Positions 23,916 to 37,436 of a stretch of DNA of 52,024 nucleotides are shown here, piece by piece. Source of the DNA: Squatina squatina (lineage: Eukaryota). A program made the translations under genes and the position numbers. The stretch's first letter is position 1. Each line of letters opens with the position of its first letter. A model generated the notes under the pieces. That model saw only the letters and a list, made by a program, of their open reading frames with translations, made no database searches and was not told where the DNA came from. The stretch is taken from contig JARFOE010000100.1 of the NCBI GenBank assembly GCA_031763465.1, forward strand, positions 435,948 through 487,971. Reading direction: 5' to 3'.

Positions 23916-24922
23916 AAAGTGCTTTGTAAATTATTTTTGTGATGTACAGCAGAACTCCACCCCAAGCACAAACTGTTTTCAGGGTTAACATGCTGGAGCG
24001 TCACGCACACGGGAAAGTGGAACAGAGAGCCCGCTGCTTCTCTTGTTTCCGAAAGCTTCATATGAGAATGAAGGGCAGGAAAAGACCAGCTGGCCCAACC
24101 ATCCTGACCCACACCTGCTGGCTGGAGCTTCACGATCAGACTCTTCCTACATGCTCCACCTCCCTCCCAACCCGCTCACGCCGTCCCACAACCATATAAT
24201 CTCCCGGGAGAGGCACAGAAACAGAGAGAGACCTTGTGAAGGAGACTTTGTAAATGGCGTCCTTGGCACCTTCCTGATTGTCCACCTGTGATCCAATCAG
24301 ACTTTTCCCAACACATTATGTGAAATCTTTCCTATGAGGCGGAACAAGTTTGAGTAAATATTCTGAGCTTTATTTATTATTTCGGTAACCGGTGTAGATG
24401 ATGGTTATCATGCTATGGCCGTTTTTAGTTTGTCGCTTTGAACCATCTGACCTCAGAAACCATCATGGTTAGAACATGGCCCTGGGGAGCAAAGCTGATT
24501 GTGCATTGTAAAGAGGTGTGTGCTATTCCGAAAGTCCCATTGTACCGCGAAGGATGTCTCATAGTCACAATGCGTTAATCGTGCAAACAAATAACTTCAG
24601 AACCAAAAGCTTTTTGTTGGGTCGAAGTGAGAGCCTGACTGAACTTGAGACAAAATGATGGCTTGGATTGGCAAATAACTGAGTGATGTCCAGCCTTAAA
24701 CATGAGCTCGGTTTTGCCTCTTTATAAAATGTCACCGTGCACAGACGTCCACCAAAGTTAACCTGTTATATAAAGGATAAAGGGCTGGGTGCAAATGAAT
24801 GGGCACTGTTTGTGGGTGCAGCNNNNNNNNNNNNNNNNNNNNNNNNNNNNNNNNNNNNNNNNNNNNNNNNNNNNNNNNNNNNNNNNNNNNNNNNNNNNNN
24901 NNNNNNNNNNNNNNNNNNNNNN

Positions 24923-25000
24923 TGAGAGTGTCAGCCTAGATTTTTATGCTCAAGTCTCGGGAGTGGGACTTGAACCCACAACCTTCTGACTCAGGGGCAA
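24923..25000 (-). mobile_element. 5' head of the DeuSINE-like element
   Basis: GTGTCAGCCTAGATTTTTATGCTCAAGTCTC...GGACTTGAACCCACAACCTTCTGACTCAG. The - strand contains the B-box GGTTCAAGTCC. Confidence 0.7.
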
Positions 25001-25779
25001 AAGTGACAAGTGTGAAAGAGAATCGCAAAGACCATGAAATATGTTGACTTTAGATAATGCCCATTGTCTGCCAGGCATCAGCATACATTACACTTTAAGC
25101 TGTGTGGTAAAACGGAATTGATGACTAACTGCTAATCTTAATCGTAACGGCAATAACTGAGCACCCCCTGTTGGATTCTTGCAAATGCCACATTAGAAAA
25201 TCTCCAATAGAAAGTAGGAACTTTTTAAAACGAAGTGACATTTGACGCCAGACATGGGATTAATAAAGATGAAGTGAAATAAAGATGAATGAGAAGAAAG
25301 GTTATGTTGAATAATGTATTATGTCAGTGAGTTCCTAACTCTTGTCACAAGAGCCAATGTTGGAAAATGGAATGAGATTCACTACTGATGCTATTTCATT
25401 TAACAGCTCAGTATGATCGATGCTTGTTTTCATACACGGTACTCCAAGAGGAGTTAGACAGGTTGCCCTTACCTGCATGTAGAAGGCCGGATAGGCTGTT
25501 GAAGCTTGAAGCTTTTCAACTACAGGCCCCGATTTTTAACTCAGGGCGGGTTTTGGGCTGGTGGGGACCGCAGAACTCAAGGCCCAGGCTATGCAAAGGC
25601 CCAGGCCCCGTGAATACCTCGCCAGTTCACTTCCCGCCAGTTCTGCCAGGCAGGAAGTGGCGGAAAATCTCATGGCCGGGGCAACAGGCAATTAGCAAGG
25701 TTGGTGCCCAGGCCGTGCTGTGTCCTGTGGGGGTTCTGCAATTAGCCATGGCGGGGGGGGGGGGTATAAAAAGAGTAGG

Positions 25780-26793
25780 GCATCATGGGTGATTTTAATC
25801 TTCATGCTGATTGGGTTAATCAAATTGGAAATGGTAGCCACGAGAACAAATTCATAGAGTGCATTCGGGATAGTTTCCAAGAGCAATATGTTGTGGAGCC
25901 AACCAGGAATCAGGCTATTTTGGATCTGGTAATGTATAATGAGGCAGGTTTAATAAATGATCACAGAATAAAAGATCCCCTCGGAAGTAGTGATCATAAC
26001 ATGATAGAATTTAGCATTTAGTTTGAGAGTGAGAAACTTGGGTCTGAAACAACTGTGTTAAACTTAACTAAGGGAAATTACAAAGGAACGAGGACAGAGT
26101 TGGCTAAAGTGGACTGGACAAATAGATTAGCAGGTAAGACAGTAGACAAGCAATGGCAGACATTTAATGAGATAATTCATGACTCTCGGCAAAAATATAT
26201 CCCAGTGAGAAGGAAAGATTCTGAAGGAGGGATGAACCAACTATGGCTAACCAAAGAAGTTAAGGAGGGTATTAAGTTGAAAGAGAAAACATATAAAGGT
26301 GGCAGAAGTTAGTGGTAGGCCCGAAGATTGGAATAAATTCAGAATCCAGCAAAGGAGGACTAAAAAAAAAAGAGAGAAAATAAACCGAGGGCAAACTAAC
26401 GAGGAATATAAAAACTGACAAGATCTTCTTTAAATATATAAAAATGGAGAGGTCTAAGTGAACATAGGCCCCTTAGAGAATAAGGCTGGGGAAATAGTTA
26501 TGGGGAACAGAGGAGTTGAACAGATATTTTGCATCAGACTTTACGATGGAAGATACTATGAACATCCCATTAATACTAAAAAAATGTGGGGGAGGAATTA
26601 AATACCATCACCATCATTAGAGAATTAGTTGTTGGAAAACGAATGGGGCTGAAGGCTGATAAGTCCCTGGCCCTGATGGTTTGCATCCTAGGATCCTAAA
26701 AGAAGTGGCTACAGACATAGTGGATGCATTGGTTGTAATCTTCCAAAAATCCTTAGATTCTGGAGAAGTACCGGAGGATTGGAAAACTGCCAA
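25780..26793 (+). mobile_element. Degraded CR1 LINE ORF2, from the endonuclease C-terminus to the start of the RT
   Basis: IMGDFNLHADW...VEPTRNQAILDLV...PLGSSDHNMIEF (APE endonuclease), then LHPRILKEVATDIVDALVVIFQKSLDSGEVPEDWKTA. Multiple stops and frameshifts. Confidence 0.92.
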
Positions 26794-27774
26794 NNNNNNN
26801 NNNNNNNNNNNNNNNNNNNNNNNNNNNNNNNNNNNNNNNNNNNNNNNNNNNNNNNNNNNNNNNNNNNNNNNNNNNNNNNNNNNNNNNNNNNNNAGAATGG
26901 AGATAATTGGGTCATTTCCCCGTCAATCATGATTGGAGGCTGCACTGCTGTGGGCCACTGGGTTTGATTTTACATACATAATTTGTATTATGTAACTGTC
27001 CTTCGCTCACTGTGTTTTGCTGAAGAAACCACCCTTCTTTTATGGGGAGACGTTGCTGTAGTTTCAGTCAGTTCTGTTTGCAGTTGTTTATGGAGACTCT
27101 GCTTAATTAGACTCGTTTTGCTACTTGCTAATTAAATAGGCTCTATTTGCTGCAAGTCCTGCCATAAGCTCCACCCTGCCTGCAACTCATTGGCTGACAC
27201 ATTGGTGTCAATAGCCATTCTGGTGAAGCTAGGCTCACGTTGCCAAGAGTCATGGGCCTTGTGAGTGTGTTGGGGCACAGCTGACATTTAACTGGCTAAA
27301 ACTCCGCAGTTAACCTGCCTGACTTTAGCTTCTGATCGTAATAGATCGGAATATGCTCTGTTATGATTTATGTAACAGTAAGTCCCAATTTAGAAAGGAG
27401 CATGCCGGGAGTTCTTTAGGCTAAAACTATAGTATGAGCAATTGTGACCGTATGTGTGTAGCTTCCTCTAATAATCGATTAGATCACCAAATCAGCAATG
27501 GTAAATTGGGTGCTGAGCAAGAATGCAGGTCTCACCATAAACTAGCACTTAACCAGCTTGTCAACCTTATTCGCAGTTAACCTGGTTAATGGATAAATAA
27601 ATAAATTGGTCCCTCCGCAAAAAAAAATACAGAAATAAATTTTGTGAAGATAACCAAAATATCTGGTTACAATTGAAAGTTTATATTAATGGTTTACATC
27701 ACTCGGAGGAGGAGTGTCAATACATTTTAAATAGCTGCTGTTATTGTAACCTTAAATTTGTGGATTCTCCATTC

Positions 27775-28006
27775 TCTCCCCTGAGCTGGCATTTATTAGC
27801 AGGAAACAATAGGTTATATCCCTGTGCTGTCAGGTAAACAAAAGTGTAAACCAGTCGTTTGTCATATGCCGTGTGTTTTGAGCGAACTTTTGGCCATTTA
27901 GTCTGCAGAGTCTGGAGCTAACTCTTAGCACAGACAGCGAGTCCCAGCTGTTAGTGTTATTAATCTGCTGCTGTAACTGTAGTAATGAGGAGGGCCTGTA
28001 TCGCTG
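27775..28006 (-). other. Proximal 3'UTR of copy B, with a candidate AATAAA signal at 27792-27797
   Basis: Directly follows the stop codon and is homologous to 21952-22180. TTTATT on the + strand at 27792-27797. Confidence 0.82.
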
Positions 28007-28203
28007 TCAGATGAAATACTCCTTCTTGCCTTCGCTTACAGAATCCTGGTAATTGGCATTGTTCTTCAGTGCGACGTCTGCATTCTCAGCATATTCCGTT
28101 CTTTTTGGTTCGTTATTTTGATACGTGCCTTTGTTCTGGTATAACAAACGTCCCGTTATAGCAAAGATGCAGAGGATGACAAAAATCACAATCGCTATAA
28201 CAC
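28007..28203 (-). CDS. CNTNAP5: Copy B CNTNAP5-like terminal exon (GVIAIVIFVILCIFAITGRLLYQNKGTYQNNEPKRTEYAENADVALKNNANYQDSVSEGKKEYFI*)
   Basis: Acceptor AG at 28205-28204 on the contig edge. 197 nt, same length and phase as the copy A terminal exon. TM helix and EYFI PDZ ligand as in CNTNAP5. Confidence 0.93.
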
Positions 28204-29346
28204 CTNNNNNNNNNNNNNNNNNNNNNNNNNNNNNNNNNNNNNNNNNNNNNNNNNNNNNNNNNNNNNNNNNNNNNNNNNNNNNNNNNNNNNNNNNNNNNNN
28301 NNNNNCTGCTGGAGAATTCATGCAACAATGTTTAACTCTTGCCCAGAGGTGAGTTCAGGAACTCAGTTTAATGGCGGATGGTGTCATGAAGATTGTGATT
28401 GTAAAGTCCTGTCCCATCTAAAACAGAACAGTGCCAATCGCTTGTGTTACCATGCCAGTTTAGCTCCACCCAGTTACAAATTAGAGATTCCACGGCAGCA
28501 CAAATTATGCACAATTGGAAGAAATGACCTTTTCATTATTCCATTCATTATTGAGGGGATTGAGGAAACAGCGAGCGGGCATTTTGAATACCACCTACGC
28601 TTTAGTAACTTCGTATCGAGGCACACTCTAAGCAGGCAGCACTCCCAGCCTCTCTCCGACTTGTGGTTTAAAAGTGTAAGACACATGGACAAGGGATGAG
28701 AAACAGATACCTGTACATGTCCAGAGATCTCTCTCAGTGACATTTATGGTTATGCAACAGTTCAGATAAATACTCTTCATTATGCAGCTGAACAAACAGC
28801 GGGTGTGCTGCAACAGTCTTATCTATGAATCTGGCATGACTGAGATTTTAGCTTAAGTAGTATAATGGCAAAAGGTTACTGGTGAACGTCTACTCATTCT
28901 GGCAGATATAATTATGCAAGTAACGCACAAGGTAGGGTGGGCCAGCTAATGTCCATTGCTGAGGTATAATTTTCAATAGCGATGTGACATTTATTATAAA
29001 TGTAAGCGTGACATTTAAAATGGAAAAATTTGAAAGGCACTGAATCAAGCTTTAAAGCCTCATTATTGTTGGAATCACTTTCACATTTTCTTATCTTTTT
29101 ATGGTCACTTAATTAGAAACGGAAATTGAAAAAAAAAGTAATCTAATAATGAATAAAGATAATAGAGCTAAGAGGGTGTGAATGATAATGAAAAACATTT
29201 GAACACAATTAACTCTCTCCGAGAACCCAATTTGATTTTCATCCTAATTTGTTGCTTTTTTCGAAAGTTTAAGGCGACTTAAAAATGCAAAGCTGCAGTG
29301 TAAATCTTATGTTGCAAGATTATCTTAATGCTTGTGATTTATCTTG

Positions 29347-29851
29347 GCCTGGGAATTGCGGTCGGAAAATGCGTCCGAACCACAAGAAAGGTGCACTCCT
29401 ACCTGATGGCTCTGGACCTTCGAAGACTCGCGCTCCTGGGCCTGCAGGCATAGGCCTGCGGAAAGGCCCACGTATCCAAGGAGCGCAGGCGGTTCATGAG
29501 CATCTCTGAGATCACGTGAGCTGGCCCANNNNNNNNNNNNNNNNNNNNNNNNNNNNNNNNNNNNNNNNNNNNNNNNNNNNNNNNNNNNNNNNNNNNNNNN
29601 NNNNNNNNNNNNNNNNNNNNNNNNNNNNAAGACAGGTGGCAGCGCTGCGCTGAACACTACTCGGCGGTCTGCCCCGCTCACTCCATTTAGCACTCTAAGA
29701 GAAGTGGTAGCACTTGATTAAGCATTCCACTTCCATCTTGGAGCGCTAAAGCGGAAATTCCCGTGAGCAGCAAATCTTTTTTGACCGGCGATACTTTTGT
29801 GTGTCCTGAAAAGTTATCGCCCTAAATGAAGCGCAACACAATTTCTAGCCC
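29347..29851. mobile_element. Possible GC-rich non-autonomous DNA transposon (MITE)
   Basis: The left end GGCCTGGGAATTG imperfectly matches the reverse complement of the right end CAATTTCTAGCCC. The interval is CpG-rich but spans a gap. Similar GC-rich blocks occur at 11806-11985, 43619-44170 and 49745-50060. Confidence 0.4.
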
Positions 29852-29975
29852 GATGTCTTGGGAGAATATGCAAAACACAGGGAAAAGGTTGTAAGACCAG
29901 CACATACAGATATTGTTTCCTGTAACTACCGGGTCTGTTTTTCTGTGGGAAATAAATATTTGAGACTAAAACCTA

Positions 29976-30293
<318 letters not shown>

Positions 30294-30885
30294 TCATTTT
30301 GTTTTTGTGTAGCTTTGTGTACTTAGAAAATCAAAGGAAAACATGTGAAACAATTCAAATGGTCTCATGGTCAGTGAACGTCACATTTTGTAGATTGTAG
30401 AATCAGAGGTGATGAATACAAAATTCAAAGCTTAAAACAAGACGAGAAACTAGATGAAGACTTCCCATAGAGGAGCAGTGCTGGTTTAATTAATTTTTTT
30501 GAACAAGAATTGGCTAAATATCCAAATAGGAATGGGATTGGTAGTCAGAAGGTTAAATATAGAAATAGATGATGAGATACTTTATGGATTACAACGTGTT
30601 CCATATATAATGGAAATGTTAACTGTAGAATGCAAATGGTCAGGACTAAGCTATGTCAGTTAAAACGGTTTCAAACTGCAAAGGTTCTCATCAGACTTCC
30701 ATCCGTCTCAGGCCAGAGATACGGCACACAGCCAACACAATGTCTGGAGAATTCTGTATTTTATATTTGTGTTGACTTTGGAGCATATTGTTTCTAGTTC
30801 GGTATATTAATAAAAAAAAAATAGCACTAACAGTGTGGAGGATGAATTCCTGGAATATATACGAGATGATTTTCTAGATCAGTAT

Positions 30886-31088
30886 ATAAACAAAAAATGC
30901 TGTAAAAACTCAGCAGGTCAGGCAGCATCTGTGGGGAGAGAAACAGAGTCAACGTTTCGGGTTGATGACCCTTCGTCAGAACTGAAAAAAGCCAGAAAGG
31001 TTTTCAAGTATGTGCAGTGGCAGGGAAAGCGGGGAGGGGGAGGAAAGAACAAAGGGGGAGGTCAGTGATTGGGTGGAAGGCAGAAGAG
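30886..31088 (-). mobile_element. Penelope-like retroelement terminal repeat fragment
   Basis: ACTCAGCAGGTCAGGCAGCATCTGTGG.GAGAGAAACAGAGTCAACGTTTCG, shared with 34213-34405. Carries a hammerhead core. Confidence 0.65.
30947..30983 (-). ncRNA. Minimal type I hammerhead ribozyme motif
   Basis: The - strand reads AGUU CUGACGA A GGGU cauca ACCC GAAAC GUU GACU: CUGANGA box, 4-bp stem II, GAAA box, palindromic ACGU stem III, GUH triplet and 4-bp stem I (AGUU/GACU). Confidence 0.6.
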
Positions 31089-33044
31089 NNNNNNNNNNNN
31101 NNNNNNNNNNNNNNNNNNNNNNNNNNNNNNNNNNNNNNNNNNNNNNNNNNNNNNNNNNNNNNNNNNNNNNNNNNNNNNNNNNNNNNNNTTGTATACTGCC
31201 CATCAAATAACCATTATCCACTAATACTGTTACATCTTGAAAGAATGGCAGTAAATATGTTAGGCAGGACTTAAATCTATATTAGCTTGTAACTCTTTAT
31301 TCTCATTGAATGGAATAGACCAGCCTCATTCAGATAGACCCCAATGTTCTTTCCACTGTAAATATAAAGGTAACACACAAGTAATTCACAGGAATGAACT
31401 TTTGATCTTAGTTTGTTTTCTGTCATTGGAACAAATGTGACCGAGTTGACATTTGCGCACTATTTAATTTATTGGCTTAATGGGCTGTGAAAATATCTTG
31501 CTGCAGGTTCGATAATTTGGCTCTTATTTGGATGTATTATATCTGGTCCTCTTATATTAGGAATATTCAGGTACTCCAGAGGCAATTTTAACTTTACATT
31601 CCAGGCTAAAATCAGACTGGTGGGCAGTTAACATTGCCCAGGTTAACTTACCTGCCCTCCAGGTAAGTTGCTGGGAACTTGCGATTTTGACTCAGGGCGG
31701 GAAGTGGATCACTGGCATGTTCGGGAGTTAAAATAGCCCAGGCCTGCTTTCCGCTGCTGCGGCTGATCCTTTCACCCACTCACAACCCACCTATTGTTAA
31801 AATTGGGGCCGTCCACTTTCCCTCTGAGTTTAACAATCTTTCTGGTGCCAGTTTTCTCACGTTTCTCTCCCCTCCTGCGAGTTACAGATACAGTTCTGGC
31901 GAAGAAGAAGGAGCGGAACGATGGAAATACAATTCAATGCTTGGTTTGTTAAGAGAGAACGAGCAGGTGAATTGTAAAACTATGGATGAACTGCGCTGAT
32001 AATAACGATATTAATAACCACCTTAAACAAGACAATTGAAGCATGTAATTTCCAAATCAGACGACAGGAAAGATATAATCATTCAAATGATGAAAGAATA
32101 TGCCATCTTAATGGCCAGTAAAAAATAAAACTATATGACATGCAACATTAAATGAAGTGACAAATCGGGTACAAAATGAATGANNNNNNNNNNNNNNNNN
32201 NNNNNNNNNNNNNNNNNNNNNNNNNNNNNNNNNNNNNNNNNNNNNNNNNNNNNNNNNNNNNNNNNNNNNNNNNNNNNNNNNNNTGCATGCTTTTGGTTTA
32301 AGGAACTATCAGTAAGACTCCAGCGCGTTTCATTAACTTCCTTGCTCCTTTAACAGTAATGTAGCTCAGAAGCAGCAAATGTCAGACAGCAACAAAGAAA
32401 TAAGCAAAATAAGTAATACACCTGCAGCAGCAAAGATTGAGGTGGAGGGGAGCAGCCTCGCATGTAGCACTCATTTCTTACATGGGCGCTTAATGACAGG
32501 AGTGTTGTTCAGGCAGTACAAATGCATTATGAAGCCGAGTAGTCATGGAAACACTTTTCATTCCCATTGCAAGTCTAGGTGTGAAATGGGCACTTCTGGA
32601 TGTGGTACTGAGCAAGCCTCAGCTTTCAGATCCTCATAATGTGAGGAGCAGCACCCGGCGTTCAGTAGTGATTCAGGNNNNNNNNNNTTGACTAGCAGTT
32701 CCCTAATTCCATCCTTGCATACATTATTCATAAGGAATAACAGGAGTCATTTCTCCAGCCTGCCAATGTAAAATTGTTAAAACTACCACTGGGCCAGATT
32801 TACTCTTAATCCTGCATCCTGTAAATAACCAAATGTTTTCAATGGATAACTTCTGTCGCTAGGCAATTGCAAGCTTTGGCAGGCCTCACTCACGAAATGC
32901 TAGCGACCGTGATGGGAAATGAGCCAAAAATGCTTTGTCTCGCACCATAAAATTGGGATTTATTTTTGCAATGCGGTCCTTTCTTGGTTTGTATACCGTT
33001 AATGTAGGCAGTCAAGTGAGAGAGAAAAATGAAAGGAGTAATCA

Positions 33045-33368
<324 letters not shown>

Positions 33369-34212
33369 TTAGCTGTACAGCGGGGTTTTCTAATTCATGG
33401 ACATGGAAGATTCATTTCTATTCAAATGTCAATTGTGCTTTTTGACCATGCGAGGCTTCTTTTGAAGGGCAAGACAGAAATAAAAGACACTTCACAGCAA
33501 AGCCCTTTCAATCTCTTTCACTGGCCTGCCCTCTCTAACTGCTAAAAGACAAGTTATGCTTTTTAACTATGTTTTGTAATTGAATCTTTGGAATTCTCCA
33601 CCCCAGAGGGCTGTGGAGACTCATTCATTGAGTATATTCAAGATNNNNNNNNNNNNNNNNNNNNNNNNNNNNNNNNNNNNNNNNNNNNNNNNNNNNNNNN
33701 NNNNNNNNNNNNNNNNNNNNNNNNNNNNNNNNNNNNNNNNNNNNTGCCCTGGAGTCCCCAGGAACTAACGATTAATCTCCAGGATACTGCTGCACGCAAC
33801 CCAGGAGAAATATCACAGGGGCATTAAAAAAAAAAAATTATTTTCATTTTCATTGAACTCTTTTGTTTATTAGTTATAAAAATCTTGGTGATATTGGGCA
33901 GAAAAGCTTTTTGACTGGGGCTGGGCAGCTGGTGCGGGAGATGCGGTGACGAAACCTTCAGGAATGCATCCAAGGAGTCTGTTCACCCGCACAGCACCTT
34001 CACGTTACAGAATGCAGCAATACTGTGAGTCACATGTAAATCTTTCCATTGGATGTATCTAATCTAAATGTTATTCCGGTGATGTTTAATGTACCTTCTG
34101 TGTTGCAGGGGGAAAATGTGCAACAGCCAATGAGAGTAATGGAGATACCCACTTTGAGGCAGAAGGTAGAGTGTTGCGTACCCCACACGTAAACACCTTA
34201 ATATTTAGGGAA

Positions 34213-34405
34213 CAAAAGTAAAATACTGCTGATGCTGGACATCTGAAATAAAAACAGAACATTCTGGAAATACTGAGCAGGCCAGGCAGCATCTGCGAAC
34301 TCAGAGATATGATGAAAGGTCATCGGTCTGAAACGTTAACTCTGTTTCTCTCTCCGCAGAGGCTACCCGACTTGCTGAGTGTTGCCAGTATTTTCTCCTT
34401 TTATT
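34213..34405. mobile_element. Two head-to-head fragments of the Penelope-like terminal repeat forming an imperfect inverted repeat
   Basis: CTGGAAATACTGAGCAGGCCAGGCAGCATCTGCG (about 34264-34297) versus CGCAGAGGCTACCCGACTTGCTGAGTGTTGCCAG (about 34355-34388), with a decayed hammerhead core between them. Confidence 0.65.
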
Positions 34406-36645
34406 TAATATTTATACCCAAGGGTTTATGCATCGCAGGTTCTTTGAAATATGCTGCATTTGTAATATAACAATTTTTACCTCCACAGTACTCACCTAAT
34501 GCATAGCCATTGTTAACATTTTATCTTCAAATCAGAGAATAATGAAAAACTCACACACATTAGATGTAAAATGAAGGCAATTCATGTTAATCTATAAAGA
34601 AATAAGAGAAGAAAATTGGGTTATGCAGATATGATCACACTAATTCTACAAACACGGCAGGGTGCACTTCCCATGTTTGGAGTTTGTTTATACTTTTTTC
34701 CAATGAACTACCTAATTAAGGTCATCCCTCACCACATGGTAACCTTAGTCCCAAGAATGTGAAAATCATCCCAATTCAATTTTATGGTATTCCTGACAAT
34801 GATTAATGATCCCAACAACTGACAAGATCATCTGTCACCAAACAAAAGTGAACCTTTGTCAAATTTCTTTTATTAATTTGAAAGGGGCCTGTGGAGAGAC
34901 ACATCATTGCCTGTCAGTGCAGACTGGATGGTGCAAGCAGGGGGAATCAGATAAACTCCTTTCGTGGCACAAACCTGGATAATGCTCTCATCTGGTACAT
35001 GCGAAGGTTAATTAATGTCTGTTCAATTTAGAGTATTACCATATACTCACACACACGGGGTAGACATGCAAAAATCACTAATAGGATCCAAAGTGCAAAC
35101 TACTACATCACTAACCTATAGGGACAGCTTCTTAAATAATTTTAAAGCTCTCAAGTGAATGGAAATTAACTAACTTATGATATACGTTCCAAGGAGGGAA
35201 AAACAGATTAAGAGAACTTAACTTTTCTCTTCTAAAATGGGTATTTTGTAGGGCTGGTCCATATAGTTACTTTGAAGGGTATATTTGGCAAACTATTTTT
35301 GTCAACCTTTTTTTTACATGTATTAAAGGAGAACATTACTGTGGGAACAATGCTTTCAATTCAACTATCCTTCTTTTTAAATAGGCCAATTTAAAGTTGT
35401 TTTAAACTCACTGACCTGCTCGAAGAAAACATCGCTTGATTCCCCTCCCTTGCACTTATGAAGAACTAACACTTTAAGCCAGGTGGTAGCCAGAGAACTA
35501 TTCTGTTGATCTCAGCCAGCAGCTCAAGATGCTAAAAGGTTATTGGTCCTCACTGATTCAATAGAGCTGTTGATTGACTAAGGATACAACTGATACTAGC
35601 TTGGCTTAGTGGTAGAGCTCTTCTCTCTCATGATGTGTGATGGGTGAACGGGACTTCGTGCAAGTTAGGACACGGGCAGCCGAGTTTCGGATGAGCTTAA
35701 GTTTATACAGCGTGCACGGGTGGAGGCTGGCCAGGAAAAGACCCTTCAGAAAAATTAACCGGTCTTTCAGATAACTATAGATCTACCGTGTATCTCCATA
35801 ATTTTCATTGTTTATTATTATATTATTTGTATGAGTATGCAGTGAATTGGCTCCAAGAATAACGTGTTGTATAGGAACATTGTAAAGTTAATGGGAGCTT
35901 CACAACCAAGGGTAAATAAACCCTTTATCTAGTCATTTCCTTAAGCAAAATGTTTCGAATATTGGCTGAATCAATCAGGGCTCGAGCAAAGTTCCCATTA
36001 GCAGGCTGGAAATTGCACAGAGCGTGTTATAGTCTGATTATTGGATCAGTTTATGAGTTGTTCAGATAGCAGAAAGACCCAGGAGCTCATTAGCTCAAGT
36101 GACACAAATCAAACATGCTGTGCATCTTCTAGCACCTTGTATGAGATGAGGAAATTGGGTCCTGTTAGCGAGGATTATGCTTTAATCTCTTGATTCATTG
36201 GATTCAAATTGAAATGGAAATTTGAGAATTTTCATCTTTTCAGATTTAATCTGTGTGAACCACATTTCAGGACTGACAATCCTTCTTTGTTCAATTAACA
36301 GTTCAGGCAATGTTTCATCTGTCTTTTCAACGTACAAGTACCTGAATGGAATACTCTTTGACACTGTCTCATTTCACACTTTTACCAATGCCTTCAGATT
36401 GCACTGATTGGAAAACTGCAGTTGAACTGAGTTGTGAAGTCATCAAGTGGATGTAGCATCAAGTGCCAGCAAGTAAGAAGAGACCATCTTAAAGAGGTTG
36501 CCTCAGACCCCTTGGGATTTCCAGTGGCTATAGTATAGTAGAACANNNNNNNNNNNNNNNNNNNNNNNNNNNNNNNNNNNNNNNNNNNNNNNNNNNNNNN
36601 NNNNNNNNNNNNNNNNNNNNNNNNNNNNNNNNNNNNNNNNNNNNN

Positions 36646-36950
36646 CAGGGTGGACACCGAGAGGCTGTTTCCCCCTGGCTGGGGAGTCCAGACCAGAGGT
36701 CGTAGTCTCAGGATAAGGGGTCGGCCATTTAGGACTGAGATGAGGAGGAATTTCTTCACTCAGAAGGTGGTGAATCTTTGGAATTCTCTATCCCAGAGGG
36801 TTGCGGAAGCTCAGTCATTGAGCATATTCAAGATAGACATTGATACATTTTTGGATATTAAGGAAACCAAGGGATATGGGGATCGGGCGGGACAGTGGAG
36901 TTGAGGTCAAAGATCAGCCATATGGCCTACTCATGTTCCTAATTCTTATG
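36646..36950 (+). mobile_element. CR1 LINE 3' end
   Basis: RLFP...TRGRSLRIRGRPFRTEMRRNFFTQKVVNLWNSLSQRVAEAQSLSIFK...KGYGDRAGQWS* followed by an AATTCTTATG tail. Confidence 0.9.
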
Positions 36951-37238
36951 GTCCCGGGTAGCCTGTGATCTCCACCCACAATCCCCTTGACCTGGGGAAG
37001 GAGGGAAGCAGAAGTTTTGCCCATTGCTCCTTCTTCTAAATTTTGCTGGCCTTCCTAAATGGGACAGAATCCCAGTCAAACCAGGTTCCACTACAGTTTC
37101 CTGTGCCCTGTCGGGTGATCCACCCTTGGCCCCATCGGAAGATCGGGTCCTAAGTTTGAAATGCTAACATCTGCATTGAACACACATGACTTGAACAATG
37201 GGAACAGGCTCTGAAATATTACTGTAATAAAGCTGTTA

Positions 37239-37436
<198 letters not shown>

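Noticed and set aside
24940-25000. tRNA-like B-box sequence
   Set aside because: It is the head of a SINE, and no cloverleaf can be formed.
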